Source of the DNA: Anthoceros angustus | Taxonomy: Eukaryota; Plantae; Anthocerotophyta | Length of the DNA: 64,000 nucleotides | Direction: 5' to 3' | NCBI GenBank assembly: GCA_010909165.1 | Contig: MU008164.1 | Span: forward strand, 1,116,001-1,180,000 | Shown: one piece after another, positions 22,129 to 33,474 of the stretch | Layout: each line of letters starts with the position of its first letter | How positions within the stretch are numbered: the stretch's first letter is position 1 | The notes under the pieces: model-generated | Told to the model about the DNA's origin: nothing | The model's database searches: none | What the model saw: only the letters and a program-made list of their open reading frames with translations | Position numbers and translations under genes: made by a program

Positions 22129-25100
22129 TTGGTGGATCATTGCTCTCGAGTGTGCAGGGTGGCAAGTAACCAAGGGACAGGTCTGGGTGGGGAATATCAT
22201 AAGAGCAGAGCATGGACTCATGTGCCTGTGTACGACCCTGCTGTGGTACTTGACCTGATGGAGTGTCAAGGATGCTATGTCTCTGAAGGCATGTTGTATG
22301 GAGTCCTCAAAGAGTGTTCTGTGAAGAAAGACCTCAGTGGAGGCAGGCGCATCCATGCCATCACTGTGAGAAATGGATACGAGTCGAATGTTTTTCTGGC
22401 CAACCACCTTATCAGGATGTATAGCTCGCATGGCAGGTTGGTGGAAGCACGGCAGGTCTTTAGAAAACTTCCTTCACCAAACACGCACGTCTGGGCTTCT
22501 ATCATCGCAGCACACACAGAGAATGGCCAAGCTGAGGAGGGTATTCACCTGTACTGGGAGTTGCGGGAATCATCAAGTGTGAAAGCAAATGACTATGTGT
22601 TTGTGGCAGCTCTGAAAGCTTGTGCCAGCATTGGGGATCTTGAGTCCGGGAGGCAGGTCCATGCTGATATTATGGACACAGAACACAGCTGCAATGTATA
22701 CGTTGGGAACTGTCTGGTAGACATGTATGCAAAGAGTGGCAGTCTGAATGATGCTCACGCTGTGTTTGACAGACTGCCAGTTAGGAATGTTGTAACTTGG
22801 ACTGCACTTATGTCAGGATATTCCCACCAAGGGCTCGGTCAGAAAGCCCTCGATCTCTTTGCGAGAATGGAGGAGGGTGGTATGACTTTGGCAAACGCTG
22901 TTACTTTTGTGTGTCTCCTTAAGGCATGTTCCACCATTGGAGCCATACATAAGGGCAAGCAGTTGCACAAGAAAATCAAGGAACGAGGGCTTGAAACAGA
23001 TTTGGTTGTTGGGAATGCACTAGTTGACATGTATGCCAAATGTGGGGAATTGGTGGATGGTCGCAGAGTGTTTGACAAGATGCCAAGGAGAGATGTGGTG
23101 TCATGGAATACCATGATTGCAGGGTATTTGCAACAAGGGTTTGGCCAGGAGGCTCTGAAACTTTATTCTTTGATGCCAAAGGATGGTGTTATTGCGCCCA
23201 ATGATGTCACATTTGTCAGCCTTCTCAAGGCGTGTGGGAGCATAGCATGCCTGCCCATGGGCAAGCAATTACATGCGGAAATATTGTTGCGTGGACTGGA
23301 AGCAGATAAAGCAGTGGGCAGCACCCTGGTGGACATGTATGCCAAGTGCGGGAGCTTAGACAATGCCTGCCAAATATTTGACAGGCTGCCAGTGAAAGAT
23401 GTTGTCACATGGACGGCGCTGATTTCGGGATATGCTGAGCATGGGTTTGCTCACGAGGCTCTCAAGCTATATGCAGGTATGCAAATGAATCGTGTCACTC
23501 TGAACAAGGTTACATTTGTGTGCCTCTTGAAGGCATGTGCTAGTATTGGAGCTATGCTGGAGGGCAAGCATATTCATACAGAAGTTCAGAAACAGGGACT
23601 CGATGGAGATGTGACTGTGGGCAATGCCTTGATTGACTTTTATGCAAAATGTGGAGATCTGGAGGCTGCTCGAGGAGTGTTTGACAAGCTGCAGGCTAAA
23701 GATATTGTGACCTTGAATGCCATGCTTGCAGGATATGCTCGACATGGTCAAGGTCAAGAAGCCCTCACGCTATATGCTAGCATGGACAAGGATGGGATTA
23801 CTGTGGCAGATTCTGCAACTTTCACAAGCCTACTCAAATCGTGTGCCTGCATCGGGTCTCTCTGGCAGGGCACGCACATCCATGCTCAAATTCAGAAACG
23901 GGGGTTACATGCAGACGTGGGTGTTGGCAATGCCTTGATAGATATGTATGCAAAATGTGGAAGCTTGGGGGATGCTCGCATTATCTTTGACATGTTGCCA
24001 GCCAAAGACCTAGTGACATGGACAGCCATGATCTCAGGGTATGTTGCACATGGTCTTGGTCAAGAAGCTCTCGATCTGTATGGAAGCATGTTGAAGGAGG
24101 GCCTATCTGCAGTAGATAGTGTCATGCTTGCAAGCCTGCTCAAAGGATGTGCCAGCATCAGAGCCACACATGAAGGGAAGCTGCTTCACTCTCACATTCG
24201 CGAAATGGGGCAGGAAGCGGACCTGTTGCTTGGGAATGCTCTTGTGGACATGTACGCCAAATGTGGCAGCTTAGAAGATGCTCGCACTGTCTTTGACGGG
24301 CTGCAGGTAAAAAATGCTGCAACATGGACGGCCTTGATTGCAGGTTATGCTCAGCATGGGCTTGGCGAAGAAGCTATCAAGCTTTATGCAAGCATGCAGC
24401 AATATGGCGTGACTGAACCAGATAGCGTGACCTTTGTTAGCACTCTGAAGGCCTGTGGGAGCACAGGAGCCATCCGTTTGGGTAGGGAGGTGCATGCCGA
24501 AATCGTGAGAAGGGGACTGGAATCAAACGTTTTTGTGGGGAGCACCCTGGTGGACATGTATGCGAAGTGTGGGAGCTTAGAGGACGCTCGTGAAGTGTTT
24601 GAAAGACTGCCTACAAAAAGCGTTGTTACTTGGAATGCTTTGATGAATGGCTACGGCCAGCATAATAAGTGCTTCAAGGCCATACAATGTTTCCAGCAAA
24701 TGCAGCAGCAAGGAATTGAGCCTGACAGTGCTACCTTCACATGTCTCCTGGTGGCATGCAGTCACGTAGGCCTGGTGACTGAGGGGCAGCAGTACTTCAA
24801 GCAGATGGGTGAGTACGGAATCGAGCCCTCTTTGGAGCACTACAATTGCATGGTTGATCTTCTTGGGCGGTCAGGGAACCTGGCAGAAGCAGAGAATACA
24901 TTGCGGAGGAGCCCTTTTCAGTATGATACTGTGGGTTGGAAATCTTTGCTAAGTGCCTGCAAGATTCACAGTGATGTCAAGCGTGGGCGTCGATGTTTCG
25001 ACCACCTTGTTGAGTTGGAACCTCAACAAGCTGCCGGTTATGTATTAATGTCGAACATCTATACAGATGCTGGGATGTGGGAAGATGTCCACAAAATTGA

Positions 25101-25515
25101 CACTTTGCGGAGGGCTGCAGGTGCTCAGAAGAGGCCTGCAATGGCATCAATTGAAGTCGATAACAAAGTGCATGATTTCATGGTAGGAGACCAGCGGGAC
25201 GATACCTTGTCAAAGCTAAGGAGCCTAAATTTGCTGCTGGAGCAAGATGTCGGCAGTGTGTTGGGCTCAGTAGCTGGCCACGAGAAGGAAGATTCTCTTT
25301 GTGGACATGCTGAAAAGTTGGCCTTGGCATTTGGTCTCCTCAACACTGAGGAAGGCACAAGCCTGCGAGTTACCAAGAACCTTAGAATGTGCAACGACTG
25401 CCACAGTAGCACCAAGACCCTGTCCAAGATTGAGGGGCGTGAAATCATCGTTAGAGATGCACACCGAGTTCATCACTTTAGCGACGGCTTTTGTTCATGT
25501 GGAGATGCCCACTAA
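22129..25515 (+). CDS. PLS-class PPR protein (26 PPR motifs + E1/E2) with KP-type DYW domain ending DAH; candidate organellar U-to-C RNA-editing factor
   Basis: Intronless 1128-codon frame with 7 L-S-P triplets + L-S + P2-L2-S2. KRPAMASIEV replaces the PG box; HAEKLA, CNDCH and CSCGDAH* are present. First ATG at 22258; the true N-terminus may be on an upstream exon. Confidence 0.93.
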   Translation: MVDHCSRVCRVASNQGTGLGGEYHKSRAWTHVPVYDPAVVLDLMECQGCYVSEGMLYGVLKECSVKKDLSGGRRIHAITVRNGYESNVFLANHLIRMYSSHGRLVEARQVFRKLPSPNTHVWASIIAAHTENGQAEEGIHLYWELRESSSVKANDYVFVAALKACASIGDLESGRQVHADIMDTEHSCNVYVGNCLVDMYAKSGSLNDAHAVFDRLPVRNVVTWTALMSGYSHQGLGQKALDLFARMEEGGMTLANAVTFVCLLKACSTIGAIHKGKQLHKKIKERGLETDLVVGNALVDMYAKCGELVDGRRVFDKMPRRDVVSWNTMIAGYLQQGFGQEALKLYSLMPKDGVIAPNDVTFVSLLKACGSIACLPMGKQLHAEILLRGLEADKAVGSTLVDMYAKCGSLDNACQIFDRLPVKDVVTWTALISGYAEHGFAHEALKLYAGMQMNRVTLNKVTFVCLLKACASIGAMLEGKHIHTEVQKQGLDGDVTVGNALIDFYAKCGDLEAARGVFDKLQAKDIVTLNAMLAGYARHGQGQEALTLYASMDKDGITVADSATFTSLLKSCACIGSLWQGTHIHAQIQKRGLHADVGVGNALIDMYAKCGSLGDARIIFDMLPAKDLVTWTAMISGYVAHGLGQEALDLYGSMLKEGLSAVDSVMLASLLKGCASIRATHEGKLLHSHIREMGQEADLLLGNALVDMYAKCGSLEDARTVFDGLQVKNAATWTALIAGYAQHGLGEEAIKLYASMQQYGVTEPDSVTFVSTLKACGSTGAIRLGREVHAEIVRRGLESNVFVGSTLVDMYAKCGSLEDAREVFERLPTKSVVTWNALMNGYGQHNKCFKAIQCFQQMQQQGIEPDSATFTCLLVACSHVGLVTEGQQYFKQMGEYGIEPSLEHYNCMVDLLGRSGNLAEAENTLRRSPFQYDTVGWKSLLSACKIHSDVKRGRRCFDHLVELEPQQAAGYVLMSNIYTDAGMWEDVHKIDTLRRAAGAQKRPAMASIEVDNKVHDFMVGDQRDDTLSKLRSLNLLLEQDVGSVLGSVAGHEKEDSLCGHAEKLALAFGLLNTEEGTSLRVTKNLRMCNDCHSSTKTLSKIEGREIIVRDAHRVHHFSDGFCSCGDAH

Positions 25516-25858
25516 CTCCACAATAGGTGCAATGGGGAGTTAAACTACCTATACAAAAACCTATATTATAGATATATAATACTACAGAAGGATTCATATG
25601 ATATTTTAGAATATCGACTTTGGAAAGTTGTGATGTGATAAGTTCCAAGTTTGGCAATTCATTCCTACAAACACCGGTGAGGTTCAAGTCTCTTATTTAT
25701 GAAGCTTTTCATGTATACATTAGAAAGCTTTCATGTCTTCATACTTTAAGATTTAATTTTTATAGATAGGGACGATTATTGTGTGTTGAGTTAACATATT
25801 CTTGATCTATCTAATTTAAAATATTATGTTTTTTACTTTTCTTTTACAAGCTCATACA

Positions 25859-26250
25859 ATGAGCATCATCTCCGTGTTTCAACTTCTCATTGGAGTATTA
25901 ATTTTCATGGCACCAACAGTAGCAATTGTCGCACTTAGAGTACTAAGAATGCTAGTTGACACACCAATAGGACCAAGAATATAAGTTCTTCTACTAGTAA
26001 TACCTAGGAGTGGTAGTTTTCACACCAATAAAAGGTACTACACCACTAACACAAAAAATAGTTGCTTCGACACCAAAAACGTCACTAGATTACAAGATGT
26101 CCTTAGACCATATGTTGTACTACAACTTGCCATCGCATTAATAGCACCAATATCTTTTTTCATCATGGTAGCAATCATTGTATGTTATGGAGGTGCACCA
26201 TGGTCATACTTGTGAAGACAACTTGGAAGGTGGGAAGTCAAAATACCGAC
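25859..26250 (+). pseudogene. Decayed paralogue of the RING-H2 gene N-terminus (no RING domain seen)
   Basis: ACTTTTCTTTTACAAGCTCATA directly before the ATG is shared with the 42829 gene. Reads GVLIFMAPTVAIVALRV versus EVLVFMAPTVPVLALKV, with an early stop. Homology continues through the TM-coding region (ACAACTTGCCATCG vs ACAACTTGCTATCG). Confidence 0.7.
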
Positions 26251-27430
26251 TTGATGATGTGGACGATATTAGAGGACAAGGAAATAATTATCCAGTGATC
26301 TATTGTATAAGTATATAATATTGTACAATAAGATCAATGATTATAATGAGAACGAGCATCATTAGGAAGCTTTGCTTTTTTTTCTTTATTTTTTATTCCT
26401 TCCCTTTTTTCTCTCTCTACCTCTTTGTTCGGCTACAAATAACATTGCAAGGGTATAATAGTTAGTTTGATAATAGAAAAGCTTATGTAGGGTTAGTCAT
26501 TGTGGGATAGAAGAAGAAGAAGAATTTTATTTAAGTCCACTAAGGATGGATTTCCGTCATGGGACTAAAATATGATAATCACATAGATTGTGGTAAAATA
26601 GTCTGGACTAATGTAAAGGTAAAATATGTACCAGTAAGCTTCTCCAAATATGTAGGTAAAACTTGTTTCGTTGAAGTGAAATGATTTTCCAAATTTATGA
26701 AACTTCATTTTGTAACCCTTGCTCCACCAACCTTTCCGAAAGTCTTCCAACCTGATCATCCAAACCTTGCAACTTTTTGGCCATATAACTGTGCATTTCT
26801 TCTCTTTGTGCATGAATAAGCTCGAGAATAACCTTTTTGTAGCCTTCCAAACTAGGTGCCAGATCTGCCTTCGACAAGCAACCCACACAAGGAACAAGAA
26901 TTTGCAAGGCGTTGACTTGCAAAAGCAATCAATCAAATTTGACCTGGAAAGACGCCTCAAAATCTTTAGCTCATGAGCTTGCTGATTCAAGATCCCGCAG
27001 CAATTTTCTAATGATAACATCCTGACTATTAAATCTCTTATCTATAAGATCATCCATTACGGAATTGAACTCATCCCCCTCGTCCTCGTGGCCCTCCTCA
27101 CCCCCCTCGTCCTCTGAGTCCCATGCCAAAGATTGGTGCTTAGCCAAAAGAGACTCATATTTTTCCCTGAAGGAAATAATCTCCGCCTCAATTTTAAGTA
27201 CTCTAGTCTCCAATACAGATACCGCTATGTCTTCATATTTGTCCTCAATACCACATAATCTAGTCTCCAATATAGGGGTGCGTTAGTTCCCTTCATCTAG
27301 ACCAGGCGCACAAATTTTAGGATATGGACTTCGTTAGTTGTGATGCATTAGGGTAATTCACTTTTTGTGTCAACAACTTCAAATTGATCTTTTATGAGTA
27401 TAGATAGAGCATCTGAGTAATCTAGTCTAT

Positions 27431-30250
27431 CAGGAAGCTCTCGATCTGTATGGAACAGCGTCTCTCAGCATAGGGGTTATTCTCCATTAAAGGGGTTTGG
27501 GTCCCTAAAGACCAAAAATGACCCGGCAGGCCAAAATGCATCATCTTTAGCAAAACCACTCTTTAGACATGTCTTGAAAGACATTGACCATGTTATTTTC
27601 TCGTGAATACTTACGCTATGAGGTTGAAGCCGAAGAAGGTTCAGTTCACCTTCACAAGGAAGGGATTTCAAGGATTTTTAATAGGTGCTAGGAATCCTAA
27701 ACACCTCTTTCGCATGATAGTACTTCCTAGCGGGGTGAGCAGTAGGCAAACCAAACAAAATTAGTCCAGCAAGCCAAAGCTGGCGGACGTCGGCGCAACC
27801 AACATAAAAGTAGCAATTCAAGCGAAAAGAAGCAAGCTGGCGGACGTCGGCGCAATTGTGAAGAACATTAACCGATAGCGATCATGGCCATCTCGAGAGG
27901 ACCAAACTACGACTCTAAAAAGTAGCGGGGTGCACTTTGAGTACACAACCACAGGATCTCCATTGTTAGAGTGAAAACATAGAAGGAATTGGAACAATGC
28001 GGACGTTCGGCACATTGGCGAGTCTGCTAAAACTGCCGGACGTCCGGCGCATTTTGAGACCCCAATCTTGTGGGCGTCGAGATGGAAATGGTGGAGTGGA
28101 TGCCGGACGTCCGGCGCATCTATATTTATTGTTTGTCTTCTCTAGAAACATCCTTGGGATAGGTGCACATAGACTCAATGGTAAGAACTCCAAGGTTAAG
28201 CACCCCGGTCGGATCGATGCAGGATGGGGTGCTTGACTTTGGTGCTTTAGAAATTCCGGTTATGCACTCTTGGGTCAAATTAGAACTAGGATGGCTTGCT
28301 TGTTTTGGCGCTTTGAAAACTTTGTAACAACTCCTTTGTTAAGCAACCTAGGCGTATCAATACTAGGATGGAGTGTTGATTTTTAGTGGTTTGAAAAATT
28401 TGTAAATCATCCGGTATCTAGGCGTAAAGTCATGAATATTATTTTTGAAAATCATTTGTTGGTTGATGTTATATTCCACATTCGCTTTGTATACAACATG
28501 TAAAACCTTTTGGCCTTACTCTATGTGCCCTTCGATGACTTGCGGTGGATCTCTTTGATTGGTGCGCCAAATGTCCGCTCATTCGAGTTTGATGCGTATA
28601 GATGCATAGGCCTTGGTTTCTAGATGAGCTACATTTTCCAAAATTCGACATGTATGATGGTGGTTTCTAATGGCCAACCTTTTGAAGGCGACAATGTTTC
28701 ACAATGTTTTGCGAGAAGCAAGAAAATAAATAGAATAGATGATTTTCCTTGAGTAATGAAAGCACATCGGATGCGATCGAACACAAGCATAAGAGAGCAT
28801 CTGCACTTTGCGAGCCCTAGTGAGAGCCAGTATCTGAAGAAAGAGGGCTGGTCGCCCGGTGGGGTTTTGACCAAATGGTGAGTATTTCGGTGAGGCTCGA
28901 AGGAGGACCTATCTATACCTTGTGGCGCCCTCTGTTGGCTAGGTGTTCGAGACGAACTATAGCCAAGCTTCGCCAGAGATTTTGAATTTAAGATCGACTT
29001 GCTCCATGTGCCACCCATGGATAGATTAAGGTTGAAAGCGATGCGGACTTGACAAGAAGAAATGTAAGCTACGAAGAGTTTGATCAAGAGCGGTTGAGGA
29101 GGCCTCACCATCCTTTACCTTGTCCAATTCTGCTGCGAGCCCAATCTGCGGATCTAAGTGCGGCTTATCTCACCGGAGGGGCGGTCGACGGTATGCTGCC
29201 GTCAGGATTGCTCGAATCACGGGGTTTGAAAAGAGAATTGATGTGAGTGTTGGTGCGGTGGCAAGTGTGCACAAGCAACTTGAACGAAAGTGCTTGCCTA
29301 CACAAGTATTGACGCAACCCTCTCCAAACCCGGTGTATTGCACCTCTTTGGAGTATAAGTCGCGGGCGGTGCACTCCACTCTTTGGAGCATAAGTGCGAT
29401 CATCCGGCCACTTGGTACAAAGTGTGTCCGTCATTTGTGCGGACGGTGGGCACATTAGGTCTTCCTTGGGCTCGGATGCATGGGCTGTGGGTTCGCAAAT
29501 CACTGAAAACAGTGAAATGAGACATGTGCATTTCTGGATGGTTGGGGCCAAAATGGGGTTCGGAGACAAACCCCTATGCTGAGAAACACTGTTATGGAAG
29601 CATGTTGAAGGATGGCATGTGTGCAGTAGGCAGTGTCATGTTTGCAAGCCTGCTCAAAGGATGGGCTAGCATCAGAGCCACACATGAAGGGAAGCTGCTT
29701 CACTCTCACGTTCGCGAAAGGGGGCTGGAAGCGGACTTGTTGCTTGGGAGTGGTCTTGGGGACATGTATGCTAAATGTGGCAACTTAGAAGATGCCTGCA
29801 CTGTCTTTGATAGCCTGCGAGTTAAAAATGGCGTAACATGGATGGCCCTCAAATTGCAGGCTATACTCAGCATGGGCTTGGCAAAGAAGCTATCAAGCCC
29901 TTTGCAAGCATGCAACAATTTGGCATGACTAAACCAAATAGCGTGACCTTTATCTGCACTTTGAAGGCCTCTAGAACCACAGGAGCAGTCCATTTGGGTA
30001 GGGAGAGGGTGCATGCCGAACTCTAAACAGGTGAGTGGAATCAGACGTTTTTGTAAGGAGCACCAAGCAACCTGGTGGACATGAATGTCAAGTGTGCGAA
30101 CCGAGAGGAAACGGGTGAAGGCTTTGAAAGACTGTCGACAAAACGCTGTGCAAAGACTATCGTGGAATGCTTTGATGAGTGAGTGGCTACGGCCAACATA
30201 ATGAGTGCTCCCCGGCCATACAATGGTTTTCAGCAAATGCAGCATCAAAG
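27431..30250 (+). pseudogene. PPR pseudogene fragment copied from the DYW:KP gene (about 24060-24720), interrupted by a hAT element
   Basis: Removing 27456-29599 restores GAAGCTCTCGATCTGTATGGAAGCATGTTGAAGG, as at 24063-24096. Downstream reads SLLKGWASIRATHEGKLLHSHVRE...DMYAKCGNLEDA with frameshifts. Confidence 0.85.
27456..29591. mobile_element. Non-autonomous hAT-type DNA transposon, 2136 bp
   Basis: 23-bp TIR CAG(C/T)GT(C/T)TCTCAGCATAGGGGTT. 8-bp TSD GTATGGAA/TTATGGAA (27448-27455, 29592-29599). Repeated subterminal CGGACGT(C)CGGCGCA motifs at about 27784-28118. No transposase ORF found. Confidence 0.88.
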
Positions 30251-33142
30251 TAGAAGACAGGTTTGCTTCTTGCGCATGATTTCATGATCCATCAACTTGT
30301 GGCTCTTCCCTTCCCTCGCTAAAAGCAAACAGATCAAGCTTGCGGATTGTAGCTTGATCACCACATTTCCGCAATCTCAAGCTGCAAGAATTCTCCATCT
30401 TCTTCCCTCCTGCTGAGGGTGAACTTAGCCAGCCTGCCGCCTAACAAAATATGTAATAGATGCAGATCAATTACGTATTAAGTAATTACATTGTTATATA
30501 TTCATAGAAGAATAGAGTACATACAACAAGCAAGCAACTAAACTTAACTTAACTACGAAAAGGCATGACCTTGTGGGACGTAACCCTAATGAAAAGGTAA
30601 GTAGCTAAATTAAAACTAGTTACACACACACACATACTATATATCGGAATATAACTAAGCCCTAAGTAATGACTCAACATTCTATCTCCAATACTCCCAC
30701 TTGTTGATCATTGCATAAAGGACAGTCTTCTTCTCCAGCGCCTTGTGAAAAGCTGCTTGAGCTGAGTGTGTGTACTAGATTGGCAGCTCGAACAGCAGGC
30801 TTCATAAGAGCGTAATGGAACAGCTCAGTGTGAAGGCGATCCCTTACAGGTGTGCCATAAGCATAATAGCACCTTTTACGTCCGGTTTTCATTACATCAC
30901 GGCTTTTGGGCGTGGTGACTCCTAAGCAAGGTGTCTTCCTCCGAGTGAAGACCTCTCCTTACTTGCCAAACATCGTGTCTACCAGAGGGATGCTCTAGGC
31001 AGGTTCGCACCTGCGGCTAGAACGATTGCCTCCTCTTCTCTGGCTGAGAAGGCGGCGGCTGCAGCGGTGGGACCTTGGCGGGGCGCCTAAGCGAGGCCAA
31101 GGGGAACGAGGCGGTGCTTGAGCAACAGCGCCAGGCATTGCCATTCTGCACGGAGAGAAGGCCCTTGTGACAGAGCCAACATGGGGCACCATCCGTCGTT
31201 CTACCACTAGAGCACATAAGGCGGACATTCTCACGAGCTTCATTTGATGCACTGCGGATGTGAGAGGGTGAATTCGATGCGCCTCCGTGAGCCACACACC
31301 CTCTGCGCCACCCAAATTTCCACAGCCCAAAGGAGTTCTATCGGACAAGTTGTCACCCTCGGCTCAGCTCGGTGGCCTGGAAGCCCTGTTTGATATAGGT
31401 GTACAGCCTCAGGACTGAAGATGGTCCGCATTCGCGTCCAAGATTGTTCGGGTTTTAAAGACCATGTCATCAGCTTCTATAGTAAGTTGCTTAAACTGTT
31501 TGTGGCAATCTTCCACATTGCATTTTGCAAGCATGCAACAATTTGGCATGACTAAACCAAATAGCGTGACCTTTATCTGCACTTTGAAGGCCTCTAGAAC
31601 CACAGGAGCAGTCCATTTGGGTAGGGAGAGGGTGCATGCCGAACTCTAAACAGGTGAGTGGAATCAGACGTTTTTGTAAGGAGCACCAAGCAACCTGGTG
31701 GACATGAATGTCAAGTGTGCGAACCGAGAGGAAACGGGTGAAGGCTTTGAAAAGCCGACAAAAGCGTGCAAAGACTATCGTGGAATGCTTTGATGAGTGA
31801 GTGGCTACGGCCAACATAATGAGTGCTCCCGCCATACAATGGTTTTGACAAATGCATCAAAGTAGAAGAAGGCGTTTGCTTCTTGCGCATGATTTCATGA
31901 TCCATCAACATGGCTCTTCCTTCCCTCGCTAAAAGCAAGCGGATCAAGCTTGCGGATTGTAGCTTGATCACCACATTTCCGCAATCTCAAGCTGCAAGAA
32001 TTCTCCATCTTCTTCCCTCCTGCTGAGGGTGAACTTAGCCAGCCTGCCGCCTAACAAAATATGTAATAGATGCAGATCAATTACGTATTAAGTAATTACA
32101 TTGTTATATATTCATAGAAGAATAGAGTACATACAACAAGCAAGCAACTAAACTTAACTTAACTACGAAAAGGCATGACCTTTGGCCAACAGACGTAACC
32201 CTAATGAAAAGGTAAGTAGCTAAATTAAAACTAGTTACACACACACACATACTATATATCGGAATATAACTAAGCCCTAAGTAATGACTCAACATTCTAT
32301 CTCCAATACTCCCACTTGTTGATCATTGCATAAAGGACGGTCTTCTTCTCCGCGCGCCCCTTGTGAAAACTGCTGCTTCTGAGCCTGAGTGTGTGTGTAC
32401 TAGATTGGCAGCTCCAGGCAACCGGCTTCATAAGAGCGTAATGGAACAGCTCAGTGTGAAGGCGATCCCTTACAGGTGTGCCATAAGCATAATAGCCTGC
32501 TTTTACGTCCCGGTTTTCATTCTGTCACGGCTTTTGGAGCGTAGACTTAAGCTCCTAAGCAAGATGTCTTCCTCCGAGTCTGAAGACCTCTCCTTACCTG
32601 CCAAACATCGTGTCTACCAGAGGGATGCTCTAGGCAGGTTCGCACCTGCGGCTAGAACGACTGCCTCTTCTTCTCGAAGGAAGCGGCTCGAGGCAGCAAG
32701 CGGTGAGACTTGGCGGGCCCGCCTAGAGGCCAAGGGGAACGAGGCGGTGCTTGAGCAACGCCGAGCAGCCGCTGCGGCAGAGAAGGCGGCTACAAGCAAG
32801 AGCCAACATGGGGGCACCATCCCGTCGTTCTACACCACTAGAGCACATAAGGCGGACATTCTCACGAGCTTCATTTGATGCTGCGGTGAGAGGGTGAATT
32901 CGATGCGCCTCCGTGAGCCACACCCTCCTGCGCCACCCAAATTTCCGAGCCCAAAGGAGTTCTATCGGACAAGGATTGTCACCTCGGCTCGGTGGCTGGA
33001 AGCCTGTTGATATAGGTGTACAGCCTCGGGGTGAAGATGGTCGCATTCGCGTCAAGATTGCCGGGTTTTAAAGACCATGTCATCAGCTTCTATAGTAAGT
33101 TGCTTAAACTGTTTGTGGCAATCTTCCCTGTTGCATTTTTGC
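29901..33142. repeat. ~1.62-kb tandem duplication (29901-31523 / 31524-33142) including an extra LTR copy at 30442-30693
   Basis: TTTGCAAGCATGCAACAATTTGGC at 29901 and 31524. Both copies contain PPR remnant, flank, LTR and Copia 3' region, differing mostly by short indels. Confidence 0.88.
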
Positions 33143-33474
33143 TGTAAGCAATATGTTTGAGCAGCCCCCTGCTAACCAGCTCGTGTCCGTGTCTGACCTT
33201 GTTCATGTATGTTTGCTCCCGCTTATCCCAACATGGTCTGAAGAACGCCTGGAAGAAGAGGAGAGCCAGGAGACAAAAGAGAGGATTTCATACCAGAGAG
33301 AAGGCGGAAATTCCCTCGTTACGGTGGAGAAACTTTCACCTCAAGTCGAGATAGTCCTGCTTCACAGGAGAAGATTTGAGACTCTTCCCTTAGCATGGGA
33401 TCCATGAGGTCTCACGTGGAATACTGACCTAATGACGATGACGGCAATGATTGGGGCTGCACCTAGCTGTTAGG

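Noticed and set aside
26565-27290. Minus-strand coiled-coil and acidic ORF fragments
   Set aside because: Broken by stops; might be a retroelement gag or ORF1 remnant but has no diagnostic motif.
30442-30693. Third LTR copy as an independent solo LTR or tandem element
   Set aside because: It shares the same left flank and internal sequence as 32052, so it belongs to the 1.62-kb duplication and lacks its own TSD.
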